Virus record (IMG/VR): IMGVR_UViG_3300031993_000032
Source: a virus
Taxonomy: Duplodnaviria > Heunggongvirae > Uroviricota > Caudoviricetes
Direction: 5' to 3' (one strand)
DNA length: 41,569 bases
Within the stretch, counting starts at the first letter, position 1. The number at the start of each line of letters is the position of its first letter. The notes below the pieces were generated by a model. It saw nothing but the letters and a program-made list of their open reading frames with translations, did not search any database and was not told where the DNA came from. The position numbers and the translations under genes were made by a program. Shown in pieces: positions 36,351 to 41,569 of the stretch.

Positions 36351-36722
36351 TTACTCCTTACTGATAAGGTTGTCGAGGATATGTTTTTGCGCTAGGATAA
36401 CGAGTTTAGACGGGTTATCGGAAGCTATGACCCACAGTCCGTTATCATTGATTCTGGTAATGGTTCCGTTTACGGATCTCATGATATTGATTTTGGTCAC
36501 GTTATCGGCCATCAGGAACGATATTGTATATGAGAACATGACGTTATTCTGGTCATAAACATAACCGAGAATGACGATATCACCGTTTTTGCTTGATTCG
36601 ACCTTAGGAGAACTGAACGACATGTTATCGAACGCTGGGGAGAGATAAGTTTTTACTTGGTTCAAGACCATCTGGTTATAATCGTTGACCTTTTTCATGA
36701 AACGGATTTCGTTTTTATTCAT
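36351..36722 (-). CDS. Hypothetical protein, paralog of 28206-28577
   Basis: EIRF...YLSPAF..MSFSSP...GDIVILG...RSVNGTITRI...LWVI. Confidence 0.8.
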   Translation of the reverse strand: MNKNEIRFMKKVNDYNQMVLNQVKTYLSPAFDNMSFSSPKVESSKNGDIVILGYVYDQNNVMFSYTISFLMADNVTKINIMRSVNGTITRINDNGLWVIASDNPSKLVILAQKHILDNLISKE

Positions 36723-36807
36723 ATAAGCCTCTGGTTGTTAAGTCTTTGTAGGTTATAAGGGACCGAGTCAGTCCCGTTGGAAATGAGTCATTATGGAACT
36801 GTGGCAC

Positions 36808-36840
36808 AAAAAGGCCCCAGTACCCGAAGGTACTGGAGCT
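36808..36840 (-). terminator. Intrinsic terminator (cUUCGg loop), related to 35719-35751
   Basis: GCTCCAGTACC-TTCG-GGTACTGGGGC-CTTTTT. Confidence 0.8.
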
Positions 36841-36863
36841 TTCCAACCACGGAGCATGAAAAC

Positions 36864-37193
36864 TTAAAAGTGTGGAATGTCGGTAATAAGGGTAAGGCTG
36901 TTGACGTACTGCCAAGCCTGGGTCAGAGTACGTTCGAGCGCATTCTTGTTACTGGATAGGTAGGCGGCGTTGAACGGAATGGTTCGGAACAGATCCGGAT
37001 GATGGTTGAAGTGAGCGACCACTCGACCCGGTTCAGCCTTGACAACCACGGATCCATGGTCGAACTCGATCATACCTTCCTCGACTGCGTTATTGAACAG
37101 TTGACGGAAGATGATTTTTTGGTTATCGATACGGTTTTTCTGTTGTTGAGCCTGGTGATGTGCATACCAAGCGATAGGATCCGCGAAGTTCAT
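36864..37193 (-). CDS. Hypothetical protein
   Basis: AAGGAG RBS. Confidence 0.75.
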   Translation of the reverse strand: MNFADPIAWYAHHQAQQQKNRIDNQKIIFRQLFNNAVEEGMIEFDHGSVVVKAEPGRVVAHFNHHPDLFRTIPFNAAYLSSNKNALERTLTQAWQYVNSLTLITDIPHF

Positions 37194-37217
37194 GTAAAAG
37201 CTCCTTATGGTAACAGT

Positions 37218-37424
37218 TTATGGGGTTACTCCACTGGTTCCAGTGACTTTTGTGTCTACGGAAACGGCACGGTTTGCCAGATCCGGATATTGGCCTTTGA
37301 ATGTATCGAGAGCCAGGGTTCTGGCCATAGACTTTGCCAAGTCGATCGACGGAGCTTCGACATTATTGATATGTACATTTACTTTGACGGTGATTTCGAC
37401 GAGAGTGGATAATACTTTAGCCAT
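37218..37424 (-). CDS. Hypothetical protein
   Basis: CAACCAAGGAG leader. Confidence 0.75.
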   Translation of the reverse strand: MAKVLSTLVEITVKVNVHINNVEAPSIDLAKSMARTLALDTFKGQYPDLANRAVSVDTKVTGTSGVTP

Positions 37425-37514
37425 GATGGATCTCCTTGGTTGTGTGTGCCCTTAGTATAGGTGATGCATGCAGTCCCGTGGGGAACGTGCCAGTCCCTGG
37501 TCGGCGGAGGCCAG

Positions 37515-37547
37515 AAAAAAGCCGAGACGGAGATCATCCGTCCCGGC
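37515..37547 (-). terminator. Intrinsic terminator
   Basis: GCCGGGACGG-N7-CCGTCTCGGC-TTTTTT. Confidence 0.8.
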
Positions 37548-37557
37548 CAACCAGGGA

Positions 37558-38006
37558 GCTACAGAAAAGTGTAAGATCTTCTCGTGACTGACTCGTCTGG
37601 GCGAGCCGTCTCCCAGTCACTCGATACTCGGCGTTGGACATCTATCGCCACATCGCTACCGAGCATGAAGATTTTTTTTCGTGGTCTGACCAAGTCGAAC
37701 ACGAACCGTTATCTGAAACCTACCTAAATCTACCAAGAGATAGACCTATGTGATTTCCTACCTTGCTCGTTGCCGAGTAGGCCGTAACGGCACTTAATCA
37801 ACCATATCTACGCGATATTCCTAATATGCATCAAGCAATATGGCTGACTTGCCTAGTCCTACTCCATTGATGGAGAGCCTTAACACGGTCGGCATATCAA
37901 ACTAGACATGAGTAAATATAGTTCAATCGTTATCTATTTTCAATAGCAGATTTAAGTATATTTAGTTAAATTTTGTTAACATTTGTGACTGCAGTCGGTT
38001 ACCCAT
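37558..38006 (-). pseudogene. Promoter-to-terminator unit with no intact ORF (decayed gene or ncRNA)
   Basis: RBS plus 14-aa ORF MGNRLQSQMLTKFN (37962-38006); distal protein-like frames joined by a frameshift at an A8 run (37672-37679) end at TAG next to the terminator module. Confidence 0.4.
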
Positions 38007-38078
38007 GATTAAATCTCCTTGATTGGTTGTGCCGAATGAATAAGCTGGCGAGGCAGTCCCGCCAGCTGGCGGACAGTC

Positions 38079-38633
38079 CTACAGTTCCGTCTCGATAGTC
38101 CACTTCGTCCAGACGGGCCAGGTGTTCGGCGACTCCGCGCACTTGGTCTGGAGCAGCATTTTCGCCGTGGGGAACATGATACCGTCAGACTCTTCCTTGT
38201 ATGCCTCGGCGAGCCTCTTGAAGTCGTCGATGACAAACTGGATCGCCTCGCCGACGGTGGCGCAAATCTTGACAAAGGAACGGAGATCGCCGTTCTGGTT
38301 GTCATACTGTGCGCCGTGGACAGCAACGAAGTTGCATTCGTGTTCCCAGACGGAGCAGTCGATGTAGTCGCCGCCAGTGGTTTCAAAGGACACGCTTTCG
38401 GTCGTCTCTCTGATGGCAGCCAGCAGTGCTTCGGTGTCGTCCAGATCGCCCTCGAACATCTTGCCGTCGAAGTAGACGTTTTCCAGACGGCTTCTGAAGT
38501 ACTCGTCTTCCTCGATCTTCTTACGTGCCCAAGCGTGAAGCTCGTTGATGGCTTCCTTCTCGACTGGATACATATCGACGGATTCGGCGGTTCTGTCGTC
38601 CTGATGGAAAATAATCAAGCTAAACTGTTTCAT
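38079..38633 (-). CDS. Acidic hypothetical protein
   Basis: Follows element 38689; stop abuts element 38054. Confidence 0.8.
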   Translation of the reverse strand: MKQFSLIIFHQDDRTAESVDMYPVEKEAINELHAWARKKIEEDEYFRSRLENVYFDGKMFEGDLDDTEALLAAIRETTESVSFETTGGDYIDCSVWEHECNFVAVHGAQYDNQNGDLRSFVKICATVGEAIQFVIDDFKRLAEAYKEESDGIMFPTAKMLLQTKCAESPNTWPVWTKWTIETEL

Positions 38634-38714
38634 TTCTGATCTTCTTGATTGGTTTGGTTGGTTGTGTAGAATGAATAAGACGGCGGAGCAGTCCCGCCGT
38701 CCGGCGGCCAGTTC

Positions 38715-39074
38715 CTAGAGCTTCTCGATCTTGTCTGAAACGGTCATCAGCGCCTTGTAGTCTGTGCCGCCGTCGAGATCGGCGATATCGTTGATGTACT
38801 TGCTGAAGAAGTATTTCAGCCAATCGGCTTCACGCTGGGTGAGCTTAAGGGTCTTTGTCTTGAGTTGGTCTGCCTTATCCAGCTCGATAAAATTCTCGTC
38901 GAAGAACTTTCGGCTCACTTTAGTTGCGTCTAGGTACATTCCGGATATAAGCACTTTTTCCGGGTCATTAAATACCCAGAGACAGGTATATCGGTTGCCC
39001 TTCTTAATCTTGACACCGCCCAGACCTTTGGTATGGGTAGCGACGTAAATTCTAGATACTACAGGTATTGGCAT
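38715..39074 (-). CDS. Hypothetical protein
   Basis: CAACCAAGGAG leader before MPIPVV. Confidence 0.8.
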   Translation of the reverse strand: MPIPVVSRIYVATHTKGLGGVKIKKGNRYTCLWVFNDPEKVLISGMYLDATKVSRKFFDENFIELDKADQLKTKTLKLTQREADWLKYFFSKYINDIADLDGGTDYKALMTVSDKIEKL

Positions 39075-39168
39075 GGTTGATCTCCTTGGTTGAGGTTTGT
39101 ATGGAATAAATATTATCTGAAAGCAGTCCCGTCGGTTCTTTACCAGTAGCCAGGTGCGGCTGGCAAAT

Positions 39169-39197
39169 AAAAACTGGGCGGAATTGCTTCCGCCCAG
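39169..39197 (-). terminator. Intrinsic terminator (GCAA tetraloop)
   Basis: CTGGGCGGAA-GCAA-TTCCGCCCAG-TTTTT, perfect 10-bp stem. Confidence 0.85.
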
Positions 39198-39222
39198 CAA
39201 CCAGGGAGTTAAAAATTATTTT

Positions 39223-40014
39223 TTAGTGGTCATGGCAAGCGATAACCTTGACCTTGCTGTCAATGCATAGTCTGCAGTTCTCGCAGTGCGACTTGGGATC
39301 GGGGTTGAGCTTGGCTTTGCCAGTTTTACCGACTACCAGGTAGGCAGGGCAGTAGCACTTGGTAGGCAAGCACATATCCACGCCGTCATCGAAGACGAAT
39401 GCCTTGACGTTCGGCAAGTGAGAATATTTTTTGTAGGCTTCGACGCCCACGTCGTGCCAGACCGAGAACAAGATCGTGAAGTTGGGCGGCACGTCGCCGT
39501 TTTCGAGGAATTTTCCCACGATATCGTACATTTTCGTGTACAGATAGAACTTGGTATCAGGGAAACGGATCGCAAGGCGGCACCACATGGCCATTTGGCG
39601 TTCGTTTTCGAGTTCGCCAGACTGGTTGATACGGGCGATCTTGACGTGGCGGCGTTCGATCTGGTTGGCCAGATCGGCTTCGACCTTCTTGAGTTCGTGA
39701 CGGAGACCCCAGGTGTTGATTGCCTGGGACTGGACGACTCCAGGGAAGCGGTAGGAAGCTCTGACGTAGCAGCTCTTCTTACAGGCGCTGCAGTTCTTGC
39801 AAGTGCCCTTGATACCTTCGAGTTCGTCGTTGAGACCTTCGTAGGTGTAGTCGCCGAGCAGCGTAGACCACGTGGCGATACGGCCTACCTTGATGTTGCC
39901 AGCGAGACTGAAGCCGTAGGTGTGAGCCTTGGGATCGAAGGTATAGCGTTCGATTCCGTTGGGCGTGACCGTCTTGGTGTCTTCGTGGAACAGTTTCTTA
40001 GATTCTTTAGCCAT
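39223..40014 (-). CDS. Gp88-like protein (radical-SAM-related Cys cluster)
   Basis: GNIKVG, GTCKNCSACKKSCY, RINQSGE, FYLYTK, terminal CENCRLC motifs. Confidence 0.7.
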   Translation of the reverse strand: MAKESKKLFHEDTKTVTPNGIERYTFDPKAHTYGFSLAGNIKVGRIATWSTLLGDYTYEGLNDELEGIKGTCKNCSACKKSCYVRASYRFPGVVQSQAINTWGLRHELKKVEADLANQIERRHVKIARINQSGELENERQMAMWCRLAIRFPDTKFYLYTKMYDIVGKFLENGDVPPNFTILFSVWHDVGVEAYKKYSHLPNVKAFVFDDGVDMCLPTKCYCPAYLVVGKTGKAKLNPDPKSHCENCRLCIDSKVKVIACHDH

Positions 40015-40100
40015 AATGTAGCTCCTTAGGTTGAATTGGCTTTGTGCTTAAATTATATCAGAAAGGGGCAGTCCCGGAGAACTGCCGCCAGTTTCCAGAA

Positions 40101-40646
40101 CTACTGAACCTTCATGCCAAGCTGTTTAGCAGCGGCAATCAAGCATCGCTTTTGCAATTCAGCATTGAATGTATTAAAGGCGGCCTTGATTTCCTTGACT
40201 GTATGTACTTCGACCTCATCTTTAACTTCGACATCATCAAAGTCGCTGGACACGTACAGTATACAGAGTTCGCATTTGGTCTCGCCAGAATCATGTCTGG
40301 TCAGACGAATTGTGAAATCATACCGGTTATATTCAGCGCTCAATTCGAGCTTGGTGTCATACAGCCCATGGAAAACTCGCTTCGTCAGATTATTGACGCA
40401 ATCGGCATACTCTTCAAACACCAGTAGATTCAATTGATCCACGCATGACTCGACAAAATTCAAGTCACGATCGGTATTGAACACGTCCGGCAATCTATAC
40501 GGTTCATCGAAATCCAGATCGCTTGGATTGATTTCAGACATCTTGTCCAGGAGTACCTGGAGGATCGGGTCGAACGGTTTGGCTACCGGCTTGACGGCGG
40601 CCTTCTTGGTAGTCTTCTTGGTGGATTTCTTGATAGTTGTTTTCAT
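40101..40646 (-). CDS. Hypothetical protein with Lys/Thr-rich basic N-terminus
   Basis: CAACCAAGGAG leader; MKTTIKKSTKKTTKKAAVKP. Confidence 0.8.
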   Translation of the reverse strand: MKTTIKKSTKKTTKKAAVKPVAKPFDPILQVLLDKMSEINPSDLDFDEPYRLPDVFNTDRDLNFVESCVDQLNLLVFEEYADCVNNLTKRVFHGLYDTKLELSAEYNRYDFTIRLTRHDSGETKCELCILYVSSDFDDVEVKDEVEVHTVKEIKAAFNTFNAELQKRCLIAAAKQLGMKVQ

Positions 40647-40722
40647 AAAAACTCCTTGGTTGATTGTATAGGGGAAATAACCCGGCTAGGCAGTCCCGCA
40701 GGGCTGCCGCCAGTTTCCAGAA

Positions 40723-41205
40723 CTACTGATAGAGACAGCTGTTTCTGTCAATGAGGGTCACCAGGTGTTCTCTGGAGAGAGGCTTCGTGAAGCTCATGAC
40801 TTCTGTGGCATTGAGTCCCTCGGAGTCGTCAACCGACAGCTTGCTGGGGATAGCCGTCAGCTCGTAGTCACCAGTGGTGTCAATCGCCAGCTTGTAGCCA
40901 GTCTCCTTGAGGGCGGCGAACAGCGGCTCGGCAGCCTTCTGGAGCTTCTCAATCACACTGCCATAGTTGACGCCGAGCAGTGCCTCTGCACGAGAGGTGA
41001 ACGGGCCGTTCACCTCGGACACGACCCAGTCGTCAGTGCGTACGGACGGACACAGCTTGTGTGCGTACTCAATTGCCAAGTTGTTGAACTCCTCAGAATG
41101 CGTGTCGTAGTCGGTCTCCACGCCTACCCAGATCTCAGGGCTAGCGACCTGTCCTGAAGGAACAACCTTGCTGGAACACAAAACAAAATACTTGGACTTT
41201 TTCAT
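40723..41205 (-). CDS. Hypothetical protein
   Basis: AACCAAGGAG leader. Confidence 0.8.
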   Translation of the reverse strand: MKKSKYFVLCSSKVVPSGQVASPEIWVGVETDYDTHSEEFNNLAIEYAHKLCPSVRTDDWVVSEVNGPFTSRAEALLGVNYGSVIEKLQKAAEPLFAALKETGYKLAIDTTGDYELTAIPSKLSVDDSEGLNATEVMSFTKPLSREHLVTLIDRNSCLYQ

Positions 41206-41287
41206 GATTAACTCCTTGGTTTGGGTGTATAGGGAAAATAACCCGGCAGGGCAGTCCCGCCGGGTATCGGCCAGTTCCTAGACTGTA

Positions 41288-41506
41288 TTAATCGCACTCC
41301 TTGACAAGTTCCTTGAGTTTCTTGCCAGCGGCTGCCATTCCGTCTTCGTCGTCTTCGGCGACGGCGTCGTCATAATCATTGAGCGCAGCCCTCACCTTCT
41401 GACGGAATTCTTTGTCCTTGGTAGCCTTGGCGTCGAGCTTCCAAGCATCGCCGTAATCAATTTCCCCAGTAAGCTGGGCTACGTCTTCGAGTCTGGATTC
41501 AAACAT
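41288..41506 (-). CDS. Small acidic hypothetical protein
   Basis: CAACCAAGGAG leader. Confidence 0.8.
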   Translation of the reverse strand: MFESRLEDVAQLTGEIDYGDAWKLDAKATKDKEFRQKVRAALNDYDDAVAEDDEDGMAAAGKKLKELVKECD

Positions 41507-41569
41507 TGTTAATCTCCTTGGTTGATTGTGTGTAACGGAAATAACCCGGTAGAGCAGTCCCGTGACTGG

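Larger units (their letters stand above)
19698..41569 (-). repeat. Dispersed co-oriented bipartite element (putative phage-specific promoter / cassette boundary), at least 23 copies
   Basis: Plus-strand core CAGTCCCG starts at 22304, 24705, 25119, 26460, 28149, 29208, 30039, 31524, 32450, 33153, 33869, 34312, 36769, 37471, 38054, 38689, 39124, 40069, 40691, 41252, 41555; degenerate copies at 19712 (CAATCCCG) and 35677 (CGGTCCCG). Second CAGT 20-21 bp away; TAT exactly 11 nt downstream of the core on the minus strand. Confidence 0.9.

Noticed and set aside
37560-37980. Group I intron interrupting MGNRLQ...
   Set aside because: Only a weak S-like string (AAATATAGTTCA) on the non-transcribed strand; no convincing P7 pairing
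22303-41562. Dispersed repeat as a CRISPR array
   Set aside because: Copies are hundreds to thousands of bp apart with whole genes between them, the conserved part is short and gapped, and no cas genes are present
22303-41562. Dispersed repeat as classical integron attC sites
   Set aside because: No RYYYAAC/GTTRRRY boxes, no integrase in the window, fixed -10-like TAT spacing, and one copy inside a CDS; only the looser analogy is kept
1-41569. Stop-codon reassignment (TAG to Gln)
   Set aside because: ORFs tile densely under the standard code and many TAG stops are followed directly by an RBS, element or next start
1-41569. tRNA, rRNA or tmRNA genes
   Set aside because: No cloverleaf with T-loop GTTCRA pattern noticed in intergenic gaps; tRNAscan/Infernal not run

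Overview
Accessory/early-gene region of a large tailed phage (jumbo-type organisation inferred: dense small ORFs, strong AAGGAG ribosome sites, no capsid/terminase/polymerase genes in the window). The host cannot be read from the sequence; the codon style and a GC-S-D-D lipoprotein signal make a Fibrobacter-like host a weak guess. Bases 1-15400 are plus-strand operons driven by sigma70-type TTGACA-N17-TATATT promoters (GT2 glycosyltransferase, OFA-family MFS transporter, AAA+ ATPase, GNAT, lytic transglycosylase, histidine phosphatase, metallophosphoesterase). Two IS200/IS605-type elements are present: a ~300 bp non-coding right-end/omega-RNA remnant, and a solo tnpB whose insertion splits a small gene. 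The dominant unexplained structure is in 19.7-41.6 kb. At least 23 co-oriented copies of a bipartite element (minus strand: ACTG-N12/13-CGGGACTGC-N10-TAT-N8-YACA...AAGGAG-ATG) partition the minus-strand genes into one- to few-gene units. The element looks like a non-sigma70 phage promoter, usually folds into a copy-specific hairpin, docks onto the upstream stop codon, and its two halves appear reassorted between copies, as if it were also a gene-shuffling site. Four U-tract terminators in this array each carry a sequence complementary to the conserved 5' leader/SD. Start codons were adjusted from the ORF track where an RBS indicated it; family names are from motif recognition, not database searches.
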